The translations under genes and the position numbers were made by a program. Positions 19,153 to 28,944 of a stretch of DNA of 64,000 bases are shown here, piece by piece; position 1 is the stretch's first letter, and each line of letters begins with the position of its first letter. This DNA comes from an uncultured Actinomycetales bacterium. Lineage in GTDB: Bacteria; Actinomycetota; Actinomycetes; S36-B12. Under the pieces are notes generated by a model. It had not been told where the DNA came from, did no database searches, and saw only the letters and a list, made by a program, of their open reading frames with translations. The stretch lies in assembly GCA_913063435.1 (NCBI GenBank), contig CAJXYI010000004.1, forward strand, positions 3-64,002, given 5' to 3'.

Positions 19153-20070
19153 GTGATGGAACAGCAGCGCGTACCCGGGGAACTGCGTCCGGGGGACATC
19201 GTGCAGTTGACCGATCCCAAGGGCCATCCGCACACGATCACCCTGGAGCCTGGCAAGACGTTCCACACCCACCGCGGTGGTCTCGCGCACGACGACATCA
19301 TGGCGGCAGGCGAAGGCTCCGTCGTGACGTCGGCTTCCGGCACCCCCTATGTCATCTTGCGTTCCCGGCTGGAGGACTTCACCCTGGGGATGCCCCGCGG
19401 AGCCACCGTCGTCTACCCGAAGGACTCGGCTCGCATCGTCGCCGCCTGCGGACTCAGCGAAGGTTCGCGGGCGCTCGAAGCGGGTGCCGGCTCGGGTGCG
19501 TTGACGTGCGCGTTACTCACCGCGGTCGGACCCTCGGGACGCCTCGTGTCCTTCGAGCGTCGTGAGGACTTCGCACAGATCGCCGCATCCAATGTGACGC
19601 GGTGGTTCGGCCAGCAACCGGCTTCCTGGCAGTTACGAGTGGGCGATCTTGCCGACGCCTTCGCTCCCTCCCTGGGGGGCGCCGATGAGACACCGCTGAC
19701 AACAGGTTCCTTCGATGCGGTCGTCTTGGACATGCTGGCCCCGTGGGACTGCCTGGACAGTGCCCGTGCGGCGCTGCGGCCCGGTGGTGTCCTGGTGGGT
19801 TACGTGGCCACGACCACGCAACTGTCACGATTGGCCGAATCGCTGCGTCTCGCAGGCTGCTGGGTCGAGCCGCGCGCGGAGGAGAGCATGGTTCGTACGT
19901 GGCATCTGGAAGGCCTGGCCGTACGTCCGGATCATCGGATGGTCGGGCACACCGGATTCCTCCTCATCACGCGTCGCCTCGCCGATGGAGCGGTTCTGCC
20001 GCCGCGGCGAACCCGCCCGGCCAAGGGTGCCTACGGTGCGGATTACACCCCACCCGAGCCGACGGGTTGA
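19153..20070 (+). CDS. trmI: tRNA (adenine58-N1)-methyltransferase
   Basis: GCD14/TrmI pattern with the SAM-binding LEAGAGSGALT. The same position upstream of arc is remembered for Rv2118c in mycobacteria. Confidence 0.8.
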   Translation: MMEQQRVPGELRPGDIVQLTDPKGHPHTITLEPGKTFHTHRGGLAHDDIMAAGEGSVVTSASGTPYVILRSRLEDFTLGMPRGATVVYPKDSARIVAACGLSEGSRALEAGAGSGALTCALLTAVGPSGRLVSFERREDFAQIAASNVTRWFGQQPASWQLRVGDLADAFAPSLGGADETPLTTGSFDAVVLDMLAPWDCLDSARAALRPGGVLVGYVATTTQLSRLAESLRLAGCWVEPRAEESMVRTWHLEGLAVRPDHRMVGHTGFLLITRRLADGAVLPPRRTRPAKGAYGADYTPPEPTG

Positions 20071-20201
20071 CGCGGGTGGGATCGCCGGGGGAGATAGCCG
20101 GGGAACGTGGCCATCGATGGCCGCGCCCGGCCTCGCTCGTGGGGGAGGCCAAGCCGGGGTAGGGTCGAATGACGTGATCGACGAGGTGAGGTGAGGAACG
20201 C

Positions 20202-21857
20202 ATGCCAGGCACGGAACCCGCGGACTCAGCGGCCGTCAACGAGCAACTGCGCACACTTACGGCCCAGTTGCGATCGGTATCCGATCACAACACACGCCTG
20301 ATGGAGACCCTTCGCGAAGCGCGTGAGCAGATCGTGACACTGAAGGCCGAGATCGATCGACTGGCTGAACCGCCCGGTGGTTATGGCGTCTTCTTGGAAA
20401 AGCTCGACACCGGTGTGGCGGATATCGCGGTGTCAGGCCGGAAGATGCGTGTCGCCATCAGCCCGGATGTCGATCTCGATTCGTTACGCCCCGGACAGGA
20501 GGTCATGCTCAACGAGGCGATGAACGTCGTGGGAGCCCGGGAGTTCGAGCGCCTCGGGGAGATCGTGATGTTCAAGGAGATCCTCGGCGAGGGAGACCGC
20601 GCACTCGTCGTGGGTCGCGCTGATGAAGAACGGGTCGTCGCGCTCGCCGAGCCTCTCCTCGGCCGGACGCTTCGCGCCGGAGACTCCCTGCTCATGGAGC
20701 CGCGATCGGGCTATGTCTTCGAGGTCATCCCCAAGTCCGAGGTCGAAGAACTCGTCCTCGAAGAGGTTCCCGATATCGATTACGAGGACATCGGTGGGCT
20801 CTCGGACCAGATCGGGCTGATCCGGGATGCGGTCGAACTTCCGTATCTGCATCCGGATCTGTTCCGGGAACATCAGCTCGCCGCCCCCAAGGGGATCCTG
20901 CTGTACGGACCTCCCGGCTGCGGCAAGACCCTGATCGCGAAGGCGGTTGCCAGCTCCCTGGCGAAAAAGGTCGCCGAGCGCACCGGACGCGAGGAGGGTC
21001 GGTCGTACTTCCTGAACATCAAGGGTCCGGAACTGCTCAACAAGTATGTCGGAGAGACCGAGCGGCACATCCGACTCGTGTTCCAACGTGCTCGTGAGAA
21101 AGCGTCCGAGGGCTCACCGGTCATCGTGTTCTTCGACGAGATGGATTCGCTGTTCCGCACCCGTGGCTCCGGCGTGTCCAGCGATGTGGAGAACACGATC
21201 GTGCCGCAGCTGCTCAGCGAGATCGACGGCGTGGAGAGCCTGGAGAACGTCATCGTCATCGGCGCGTCCAATCGCGAGGACATGATCGACCCGGCGATCC
21301 TCAGGCCCGGCAGACTCGACGTGAAGATCAAGATCGAGCGGCCGGATGTCGAAGCAGCGCGGGACATCATGGGCAAGTACCTCACGCCTGACCTGCCACT
21401 GCATCCCGATGACCTCGCTGAGCACGGCGGGTCTGCCGAGGCGGCGGCCGCAGCCATGGTGCAGCGTACGGTGGAGCGGATGTACAGCGACGATGAGGAG
21501 AATCAGTTCCTCGAGGTGACATACGCCAATGGCGAGAAGGAGATCCTGTACTTCAAGGATTTCAATTCGGGCGCGATGATCGAAAACGTCGTCGCACGAG
21601 CGAAGAAGAGCGCGATCAAGGACTTCCTCGACACCGGGGTCAAGGGCATCCGAGTGCATCACCTGCTCAATGCCTGCATCGACGAGTTCCGCGAGAACGA
21701 GGATCTGCCCAATACGACCAATCCCGACGATTGGGCCCGCATTTCGGGCAAGAAGGGCGAGCGCATCGTGTTCATCAGGACACTGATCACCGGCAAGCAG
21801 GGGACCTCGGCGGGCCGGTCCATCGATACGGTCGCCAACACCGGTCAGTACCTGTGA
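20202..21857 (+). CDS. arc: proteasome-associated AAA ATPase ARC/Mpa
   Basis: N-terminal coiled coil, Walker A GPPGCGKT, Walker [10 protein letters not shown], and a C-terminal ...GQYL docking motif. Confidence 0.95.
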   Translation: MPGTEPADSAAVNEQLRTLTAQLRSVSDHNTRLMETLREAREQIVTLKAEIDRLAEPPGGYGVFLEKLDTGVADIAVSGRKMRVAISPDVDLDSLRPGQEVMLNEAMNVVGAREFERLGEIVMFKEILGEGDRALVVGRADEERVVALAEPLLGRTLRAGDSLLMEPRSGYVFEVIPKSEVEELVLEEVPDIDYEDIGGLSDQIGLIRDAVELPYLHPDLFREHQLAAPKGILLYGPPGCGKTLIAKAVASSLAKKVAERTGREEGRSYFLNIKGPELLNKYVGETERHIRLVFQRAREKASEGSPVIVFFDEMDSLFRTRGSGVSSDVENTIVPQLLSEIDGVESLENVIVIGASNREDMIDPAILRPGRLDVKIKIERPDVEAARDIMGKYLTPDLPLHPDDLAEHGGSAEAAAAAMVQRTVERMYSDDEENQFLEVTYANGEKEILYFKDFNSGAMIENVVARAKKSAIKDFLDTGVKGIRVHHLLNACIDEFRENEDLPNTTNPDDWARISGKKGERIVFIRTLITGKQGTSAGRSIDTVANTGQYL

Positions 21858-21882
21858 TGCCCCGATCTTCGGTGGTACGGGC

Positions 21883-23397
21883 ATGAGCGTCCGGCGCGTG
21901 ATGGGCATCGAGACCGAATTCGGTGTCTCTGTTCCCGGTCAGCCACATGTCAACGCGATGATGACCTCGACAGCGGTCGTCACGGCCTATGACGGTGTCG
22001 CGGTGGGCGATCGTGGTGGCGTCAGCAGATGGGACTATCAGGAGGAACACCCGCTGCGCGATGCTCGGGGTTTCGACATGAGCCGCGCGGAGGCCGATCC
22101 CAGCCAGTTGACCGATGAGGAGTTCGCCCTAGCGAACTTAATCCTCACGAATGGCGCGCGCCTGTACGTGGATCACGCTCACCCCGAGTACTCCAGTCCC
22201 GAGGTGACCACACCCTGGGATGCCGTGCTGTGGGATCGGGCCGGTCAGCAGATCATGGCGGCCGCCGCCCGTGCGGCCACCGCCACCGGTCCGTTTCCGA
22301 TCAGGCTCTACAAGAACAACACCGACAACAAAGGCGCCTCATACGGTTGTCACGAGAACTATCTGATGCGTCGCAGTACCGCCTTCTCTGACATCGTCCG
22401 TGACCTGACCCCATTCTTCGTCACCCGCCAGGTTTTCACCGGCGCCGGCCGGGTGGGCAAAGGTCAGGAGGCCCGCGAACCAGGTTTCCAGATCTCCCAG
22501 CGTGCGGACTTCTTCGAGGTGGAGGTCGGACTCGAAACCACCTTGAAACGACCGATCATCAACACCCGAGACGAACCCCACGCCGATCCCGAACGATACC
22601 GGCGCCTCCATGTCATCGTCGGCGACGCGAACATGTCGGAGTTCGCCACCTGGCTGAAGATGGGCACCACCTCGCTGGTGCTATCGATGATCGAGGATGC
22701 AGCGATCGGCCAGAATCTCGCCCTGCACGATCCCGTGCGCGAGATCCATCTGGTGTCCCACGATCCCAGCCTTCGACATCAGGTTCTTCTCGCTGACGGC
22801 CGGCGCATGACGGCGGTGCAGGTTCAGCGTCTGTACTGGGAGGCCGCGCGCGACTACGTCGACCAGCGCGTGGATGTGGCTGCGGATACCGCGACCACCG
22901 ACATCCTGGACGCCTGGCACGGTGTTCTCGACGACCTCGAGGCCGATCGCTCGGACCTTGACGATCGCCTCGACTGGGTGGCGAAGATGCGGCTTCTCGA
23001 GGGATATCGGTCACGAGATGGCTTGGACTGGAACGATGCGCGACTGGCTCTCGTGGACCTGCAGTACTCCGATATCGACGATGCCCGAGGACTGGCACTT
23101 CGGCTAGAAGCCGCGGGACGGTTGCGTCGGCTCACCAGCGATGAGCAGGTTCGTCGAGCTATGGCGTTCCCCCCGGATGACACGCGTGCCTACTTCCGTG
23201 GTGAGTGCTTGCGTCGCTACTCCGAGGCCGTCGCCGCTGCGTCTTGGGATTCGGTCATTTTCGACATTCCCGGCCACGAGGCGCTCCAGCGAGTTCCCAC
23301 CCTCGAGCCCGGGAGGGGGACGCGCTCGCACGTCGAGTCCATTCTGGACGCCGCCCCGACCGCCGAAGACCTCTTGGACCTGCTGCGAGCCCAGTAG
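21883..23397 (+). CDS. dop: Pup deamidase/depupylase
   Basis: 504-aa Pup-ligase-superfamily protein (MGIETEFG...[10 protein letters not shown]) located directly upstream of pup. Confidence 0.9.
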   Translation: MSVRRVMGIETEFGVSVPGQPHVNAMMTSTAVVTAYDGVAVGDRGGVSRWDYQEEHPLRDARGFDMSRAEADPSQLTDEEFALANLILTNGARLYVDHAHPEYSSPEVTTPWDAVLWDRAGQQIMAAAARAATATGPFPIRLYKNNTDNKGASYGCHENYLMRRSTAFSDIVRDLTPFFVTRQVFTGAGRVGKGQEAREPGFQISQRADFFEVEVGLETTLKRPIINTRDEPHADPERYRRLHVIVGDANMSEFATWLKMGTTSLVLSMIEDAAIGQNLALHDPVREIHLVSHDPSLRHQVLLADGRRMTAVQVQRLYWEAARDYVDQRVDVAADTATTDILDAWHGVLDDLEADRSDLDDRLDWVAKMRLLEGYRSRDGLDWNDARLALVDLQYSDIDDARGLALRLEAAGRLRRLTSDEQVRRAMAFPPDDTRAYFRGECLRRYSEAVAAASWDSVIFDIPGHEALQRVPTLEPGRGTRSHVESILDAAPTAEDLLDLLRAQ

Positions 23398-23454
23398 GTG
23401 GTTCCGGCGAGGCCTGCAGCGGGCTTTCCCCATCGCGCCGGCCACCGTGGTCAA

Positions 23455-23496
23455 GCCTTCGTGGGCATGCCTTCGAAGTCAGGCCTTCGAGGTCAG
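23455..23496 (+). repeat. three tandem 14-bp units (GCCTTCGTGGGCAT / GCCTTCGAAGTCAG / GCCTTCGAGGTCAG) in the dop-pup spacer
   Basis: Read directly. They end 22 nt upstream of the TAGGGT hexamer before pup. Confidence 0.9.
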
Positions 23497-23517
23497 GCAG
23501 TCACCGGCCCGACGGGT

Positions 23518-23523
23518 TAGGGT
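23518..23523 (+). promoter_or_regulatory. -10-like hexamer TAGGGT, 6 nt before the pup GTG (leaderless-transcript candidate)
   Basis: TANNNT geometry. No SD lies between it and GTG 23530. It is part of a 17-nt element identical to the one before the DUF151 nuclease gene. Confidence 0.45.
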
Positions 23524-23529
23524 GAACCC

Positions 23530-23745
23530 GTGAGTACCCAAGACCGCGGCCAGCCTCGCCGCACAGACCGGGAAGCAGATCACGATCACGACGATCAGGG
23601 CATCGACGAGATCGCCCCCACGTCATCGAAGGACGCATCGGAACTCGATGCCGACGTGGATGCGATCCTCGATGAGATCGACGAGGTGCTCGAGGTCAAT
23701 GCCGAGGATTTCGTGAAGTCATTCGTCCAGAAGGGTGGCCAGTGA
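23530..23745 (+). CDS. pup: prokaryotic ubiquitin-like protein
   Basis: 71-aa acidic protein ending ...[13 protein letters not shown], so the GGQ terminus requires Dop deamidation. Confidence 0.95.
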   Translation: MSTQDRGQPRRTDREADHDHDDQGIDEIAPTSSKDASELDADVDAILDEIDEVLEVNAEDFVKSFVQKGGQ

Positions 23746-24605
23746 ACGCGGAGTTTCCCGGTGGTCTCTCGGCGGCCTTCATCGACCAGGCCACATCATC
23801 CTTCGCCGATTTTCTGCGCACCCTCGGGCACGATCCGGCGGCCCGGATCACCGGGGATTCGGCCGATGCAGCAGGCGTCTCCCGATCCGTTCCCCATGGC
23901 ACCACGATCGTGGCCCTCACGTGCGAGAACGGCATGGTGATGGCAGGGGACCGGCGCGCCACCATGGGCAACGTCATCGCGCAGAAGGACATCGAAAAGG
24001 TCTTCGAAGCCGACGAGCACTCGGTGATCGGTATCGCCGGTGCAGCGGGAATCGCGGTCGAACTCGTTCGGCTGTTCTGTGTTGAATTGGAACACTACGA
24101 GAAGATCGAGGGCGTTCCTCTCACGTTGGATGGCAAAGCGAACCGGCTGTCCACACTCCTGCGCAACAATCTCGGCCTCGCCATGCAGGGGTTGGCGGTC
24201 GTACCGCTGTTCGGTGGATACGACCTCGATTCCCACAGAGGTCGCATATTCTCCTACGACGTGACCGGCGGTCGATACGAGGAACGCGACCATTACGCCG
24301 TCGGTTCCGGCTCGACGTTCGCACGAGGTTCACTGAAGAAGCTGTTCCGCCCTGAGATGACGACGGATCAGGCGGTCACCACCGCTATCGAGGCCCTCTA
24401 CGACGCTGCTGATGACGATTCGGCCACCGGGGGACCGGATATGACGCGGCGCATCTACCCCGTCGTTGCCTCCGTGGATGACGACGGAGTCAGGATCTGG
24501 GACGAGGATTCCATCGGCCCCGTTGTGGATCGCGTGGTGTCAGCTCGGATGACATCTCCTGACGGACCGGTCGCTCAACTGCCTCAGTCAGGCGGTGCAG
24601 CATGA
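23742..24605 (+). CDS. prcB: 20S proteasome beta subunit
   Basis: Propeptide followed by HG/TTIVAL (catalytic Thr1). GTGA overlap with the pup stop. Confidence 0.95.
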   Translation: MNAEFPGGLSAAFIDQATSSFADFLRTLGHDPAARITGDSADAAGVSRSVPHGTTIVALTCENGMVMAGDRRATMGNVIAQKDIEKVFEADEHSVIGIAGAAGIAVELVRLFCVELEHYEKIEGVPLTLDGKANRLSTLLRNNLGLAMQGLAVVPLFGGYDLDSHRGRIFSYDVTGGRYEERDHYAVGSGSTFARGSLKKLFRPEMTTDQAVTTAIEALYDAADDDSATGGPDMTRRIYPVVASVDDDGVRIWDEDSIGPVVDRVVSARMTSPDGPVAQLPQSGGAA

Positions 24606-25354
24606 CGGTTCCGTTCTATGTCTCGCCCGAACAGATCATCAAGGACAAGGCCGACTATGCCCGCAAGGGAATCGCCCGCGGTCGGTCGGTCATCGTCATG
24701 CAGTACGACGACGGCATCGCTTTCATCGCTGAGAATCCCTCACGCGCCCTGCATAAGATTTCCGAGATCTACGATCGAATCGCCTTTGCGGCGGTCGGCA
24801 AGTACAACGAATTCGAGAACCTGCGCGTTGCTGGCGTTCGACTCGCTGACCTCCGGGGCTATTCCTACGCCCGGAAGGACGTCACCGGACGCAGCCTGGC
24901 GAATGCTTACGCGCAGACTCTGGGCACGATCTTCACCGAGACTCCCAAGCCGTATGAGGTGGAGATCGTCGTGGCCGAAGTTGGCCGTTCCGCGGCGGAG
25001 GACGAGCTGTATCGCCTCACCTTCGACGGATCAGTCGCCGACGAGCACGGATTCGTCGCCATGGGCGGGGAGGCGGAGGGTATCCACGCACTCCTCGCGC
25101 GAGATTGGCATGAAAACATGCCGTTATCCGAGGCCATCACCGTCGCTGTGTCTGCACTGTCCACAGCCGAGCAAACCGAGAACGGAACGCCTCATCGAAC
25201 GGTAGGGCCTGCTCAGCTCGAGGCCGCTGTCTTGGACCGTCACCGAGCTCGACGTACGTTCCGGCGGCTTTCGGTGAATCAACTGGCAGAGATCCTCGGC
25301 GATCAGGTTCCTGGGCCACCGACTGCGGGGACAGCCGACTCTCCCGATGAGTAA
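24602..25354 (+). CDS. prcA: 20S proteasome alpha subunit
   Basis: 250-aa alpha-type subunit ([20 protein letters not shown]). ATGA overlap with prcB. Confidence 0.95.
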   Translation: MTVPFYVSPEQIIKDKADYARKGIARGRSVIVMQYDDGIAFIAENPSRALHKISEIYDRIAFAAVGKYNEFENLRVAGVRLADLRGYSYARKDVTGRSLANAYAQTLGTIFTETPKPYEVEIVVAEVGRSAAEDELYRLTFDGSVADEHGFVAMGGEAEGIHALLARDWHENMPLSEAITVAVSALSTAEQTENGTPHRTVGPAQLEAAVLDRHRARRTFRRLSVNQLAEILGDQVPGPPTAGTADSPDE

Positions 25355-25378
25355 TCTCGACGCGCGAAGGAGGTGTGG

Positions 25379-26755
25379 GTGAACGTGGATCGGAGAATCT
25401 TCGGTCTCGAAACCGAATACGGAGTCACCTGCACATTCCGCGGTCAGCGGCGCCTGAGCCCCGACGAGGTAGCTCGCTACCTGTTTCGTCGCGTCGTCTC
25501 GTGGGGTCGCAGCAGCAATGTGTTCTTGAAGAATGGTTCGCGGCTCTATCTCGACGTGGGCAGCCACCCCGAGTACGCGACCGCCGAGTGCGATGATGTC
25601 CGCCAGTTGGTCACCCACGACAGGGCCGGGGAACGCATCCTCGAAGGCCTCGTGATCGATGCAGAGGATCGGCTTCGCGACGAAGGCATCCACGGTGACA
25701 TCTATCTGTTCAAGAACAACACCGACAGCGCAGGGAACTCCTACGGCTGTCACGAGAACTATCTGATCTCCCGGCAGGGCGATTTCTCCAGGTTCGCAGA
25801 CTCCATGCTGCCGTTCCTCGTCTCGCGTCAGTTGATCAGTGGTGCCGGCAAGGTGCAGCAGACTCCTCGAGGTGCCGTCTATTGCATCAGCCAACGGGCG
25901 GATCACATTTGGGAGGGAGTGTCCAGTGCAACGACACGTTCCCGTCCCATCATCAATACCCGAGATGAACCGCACGCCGATGCGGAGCGTTACCGCCGGC
26001 TGCATGTCATCGTGGGCGATTCGAATATGAGCGAGACGACGACGATGCTGAAAGTGGGGTCAGCGGACCTCATCCTGCGCATGCTCGAAGCCGGCACCGT
26101 GATGCGCGATATGACGCTGGAGAACCCCATTCGTGCGATCCGCGAGATCAGCCACGATCCCACTGGCAGGCGAACCGTTCGGCTGTCCAATGGTCGCGAG
26201 CTATCAGCCTTGGATATTCAAACCGAGTACTACGAGTTGGCCCGGGATTTCGCAGACCGCCAGGGGATCGCCACCGATCCCGCATCGATACCAGCGCGAG
26301 TGCTCGATCTCTGGGAACGCGTCCTCAAGGCGGTCGACACCGACGACCTCGATTCAGTAGCCACCGAGATCGACTGGGTGATCAAACGGCGACTGCTGGA
26401 TCGTTACATGGACAAGCACGACCTGACCCTTCGTGATCACCGGATCGCTCAACTCGACCTGACCTATCACGACATCAGCAGGGAACGCGGCCTGTTCTAT
26501 CTACTGGAACGCCGGGGGATGGCCGTACGAATCACGCACGAGCCCGAGGTCTTCGAGGCAATGAACGTCCCGCCTTCAACGACCCGGGCACGCTTGCGCG
26601 GTGAATTCATCAGGCGTGCCCAAGAACGGCGCCGTGACTACACCGTGGACTGGGTCCATCTGAAGCTCAATGACCAGGCGCAGCGCACAGTGCTGTGCAA
26701 GGACCCTTTCGCGAGTGTCGACGAACGTGTGGACAAACTCCTGGCCTCGATGTGA
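25379..26755 (+). CDS. pafA: Pup--protein ligase
   Basis: [12 protein letters not shown]-terminus and NSYGCHENY motif. Start candidates are GTG 25373, 25379 and 25385. 25379 has the best spacing to the GAAGGAGG SD. Confidence 0.9.
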   Translation: MNVDRRIFGLETEYGVTCTFRGQRRLSPDEVARYLFRRVVSWGRSSNVFLKNGSRLYLDVGSHPEYATAECDDVRQLVTHDRAGERILEGLVIDAEDRLRDEGIHGDIYLFKNNTDSAGNSYGCHENYLISRQGDFSRFADSMLPFLVSRQLISGAGKVQQTPRGAVYCISQRADHIWEGVSSATTRSRPIINTRDEPHADAERYRRLHVIVGDSNMSETTTMLKVGSADLILRMLEAGTVMRDMTLENPIRAIREISHDPTGRRTVRLSNGRELSALDIQTEYYELARDFADRQGIATDPASIPARVLDLWERVLKAVDTDDLDSVATEIDWVIKRRLLDRYMDKHDLTLRDHRIAQLDLTYHDISRERGLFYLLERRGMAVRITHEPEVFEAMNVPPSTTRARLRGEFIRRAQERRRDYTVDWVHLKLNDQAQRTVLCKDPFASVDERVDKLLASM

Positions 26756-26867
26756 TCGCCTGGGACAGACACCTGTTCGCCGGAACTTCACTCGATGTTC
26801 GACTCGCTCACCCTCGGGAGCCCGGCTGAGGGCCGGTAGATCACCTCGCATGGGATAGCCTCGAGGC

Positions 26868-27449
26868 GTGAAAAGACTGACCTCGACAGCGGCACTGGCC
26901 GCCAGCGCGCTATTTATGACCGTGACCGTCGCAGCCTGCGGAGGCAACGACGATGGCGGCGCCGACGGAGCAACCGGTTGGGCCGTGAGCGACTGCACGC
27001 AGCTCGTCGAACCCACGAACGCGGATCAGCCAGCCGAAGGCTCCACCGTCGAGGGAACCGTCGCTGTCGCCGGTGCGATCGACACCGCCCCCATCGTCTC
27101 GATCCAAGGCGATGCCACTCCGGCGACATCGCTGTCAACGACGGATCTCATCCCAGGCTCCGGGCAACCTGTCGCTGCCGGCGCCGAAGTCACCGTGCAG
27201 TACTGCGGGGTGGGACTCACCAGCCGACGGGTCTTCGACTCATCGTGGTCGCGCGGTGAGCCCATCACGTTCCCGCTCGCTGGAGTCATCGCCGGCTGGC
27301 AGGAGGGAATCCCGGGGATGGAACCGGGCGGGCGCCGCCTGCTCGTGATCCCCGGCGATCTGGCCTACGGCGATAATCCACCGCCGGGATCGGGGATCCT
27401 TCCCGGTGAGACCCTGGTGTTCGTCGTCGACCTGCTCAACACGCCGTGA
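26868..27449 (+). CDS. FKBP-type peptidyl-prolyl isomerase, lipoprotein
   Basis: Signal peptide with lipobox (TVAACGG) and a C-terminal FKBP domain (GVIAGWQEGIPGMEPGGRRLLVIPGDLAYG). Confidence 0.85.
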   Translation: MKRLTSTAALAASALFMTVTVAACGGNDDGGADGATGWAVSDCTQLVEPTNADQPAEGSTVEGTVAVAGAIDTAPIVSIQGDATPATSLSTTDLIPGSGQPVAAGAEVTVQYCGVGLTSRRVFDSSWSRGEPITFPLAGVIAGWQEGIPGMEPGGRRLLVIPGDLAYGDNPPPGSGILPGETLVFVVDLLNTP

Positions 27450-27502
27450 CAGGGCAGTGATCAACCCAAGACAACGACCAGCACGCTAGGGAGAGCGAAG
27501 CC

Positions 27503-27874
27503 ATGAGCAACTCCATGGGAGACAAGCCCGAGATCGACTTCATCGATGGTCCACCGCCGACCACCCTCGTGATTTCCGACATCGTGGTCGGTGATGGTCA
27601 AGAAGCGGCACCCGGCGATCAGGTCACCGTCCACTACGTCGGGGTCGACTTCGAGACCGGCGAGCAGTTCGACGCCTCCTGGGACCGAGGCGAGACGATC
27701 CGATTCCCCCTGGCTGGCCTCATCGCGGGATGGCAGGAGGGAATCCCTGGCATGAAGGTTGGCGGTCGTCGTCAATTGGTCATTCCGCCGGCGCTGGCCT
27801 ACGGAGAATCGGGTTCCCATCGTCTCGCCGGTCGCACACTCGTCTTCGTCATCGATCTGCTCGGGGTCGGCTAG
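27503..27874 (+). CDS. FKBP-type peptidyl-prolyl isomerase, cytosolic
   Basis: 123-aa single FKBP domain (VHYVGVDFETGEQFDASWDRGETIRFPLAGLIAGWQEGIPGMKVGGRRQLVIPP). Confidence 0.9.
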   Translation: MSNSMGDKPEIDFIDGPPPTTLVISDIVVGDGQEAAPGDQVTVHYVGVDFETGEQFDASWDRGETIRFPLAGLIAGWQEGIPGMKVGGRRQLVIPPALAYGESGSHRLAGRTLVFVIDLLGVG

Positions 27875-27924
27875 GCCCGATCGACCGTCTTCGATGGCGA
27901 GGCGGGGAGACGACAGGGAGGCGA

Positions 27925-28944
27925 ATGGACCGCACCGAGCGACTGTTCAACCTCGTGCTAGCGCTGACGTCGAAAGCACGGCCCATTCCGCGGGAGACCC
28001 TACGCTCGCTCATCGAGGGATATGCCGACTCGACATCCGATGCGGCCTTCGAGCGGATGTTCGAGCGGGATAAGGACGAGTTGCGCTCGCTGGGTATTCC
28101 GGTTGAGACGGTGACGACCGGTGAGGGCGAGGTGCTCGGTTACGTCATACCCCGCGATGACTACCGACTACCTTCGATTCGCTTCACGAATGCCCAGTGG
28201 TCGCTCCTGGGCGTTGCCGCTCGCGCATGGTCGCAGGCGGCATCGGCCGAGCCTGCGCGAAGTGCCGTCCGCAAACTCGAAGCGGCGGGAGCAGTCGATG
28301 GCACACCGACTACAGGCACCACTGAGATCGTGGCATGGCAGGTTCGTCCCGAGGAGGGCGAACAGTGGCTGCCGACCCTGTGGGGTGCAATCCGTCGTCG
28401 TTCACGTGTGGGATTCGACTATCTCGGCCTCCGCGATCAGGTGTCGTCATACCGGTCCGTCGACCCATGGAGCGTCGTAGGCCGCCGTGGCGGGTGGTAT
28501 CTCATCGGCTTCGACACAGACCGCCTGGCTCCTCGAGCATTCCGACTATCGCGTATCACGGGGACTGTCACAGCATCCGGCCACATCGCGGAGTTCGACA
28601 TCCCCGAGCATGACGCCGATGCGATCCTCGGGGGCGCGGAGGTCGACGAGCAGGCGACCGATGCCTGGATCGCTGTCGCCGTCGGCGGGGGAGCCCGCCT
28701 GCGCTTGACCTCGGTCGAGGCAGTACCGGGAGAAGAGCCGCGTCTGGGCGATATCCCCGACGGCTTCGATCTCGTGCATGTCGCCAGCCGTGATCTGGGT
28801 TCGCTCGTCGCCGATATCGCCGCGCTGGGCGAGCGTGCGAAGGTCATGCATCCACCCGAGATCGCCACGATGGTCCGAGAGCATCTGGGCAGGGTGTCCA
28901 TGGCCCATCAGGAGGATCCCGAACAGCCGATGGGCAAGCCGTGA
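27925..28944 (+). CDS. pafB: HTH/WYL-domain transcriptional regulator PafB
   Basis: The internal ATG 27925 (SD GGGAGG) gives MDRTERLFNLVLALTS..., an HTH followed by a WYL domain. It lies directly upstream of and overlaps pafC. Confidence 0.8.
   Translation: MDRTERLFNLVLALTSKARPIPRETLRSLIEGYADSTSDAAFERMFERDKDELRSLGIPVETVTTGEGEVLGYVIPRDDYRLPSIRFTNAQWSLLGVAARAWSQAASAEPARSAVRKLEAAGAVDGTPTTGTTEIVAWQVRPEEGEQWLPTLWGAIRRRSRVGFDYLGLRDQVSSYRSVDPWSVVGRRGGWYLIGFDTDRLAPRAFRLSRITGTVTASGHIAEFDIPEHDADAILGGAEVDEQATDAWIAVAVGGGARLRLTSVEAVPGEEPRLGDIPDGFDLVHVASRDLGSLVADIAALGERAKVMHPPEIATMVREHLGRVSMAHQEDPEQPMGKP

Noticed and set aside
23455-23496. Tandem repeats here and at 52172-52263 considered as a possible CRISPR array
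   Set aside because: The units are 13-21 bp, number only 2-3 copies, and are contiguous or separated by only 12 nt rather than spaced by unique 30-40-bp spacers. No cas genes are in the window.
23499-23523. AGTCACCG upstream of the pup -10 as a PafBC (RecA-NDp-like) site
   Set aside because: Only 5 of 8 positions match TGTCRGTG, and the spacing to the TAGGGT hexamer is 11 nt rather than 8.
25124-26005. 293-aa minus-strand ORF antisense to prcA/pafA
   Set aside because: It is a shadow ORF. The plus strand carries unmistakable proteasome and PafA motifs.
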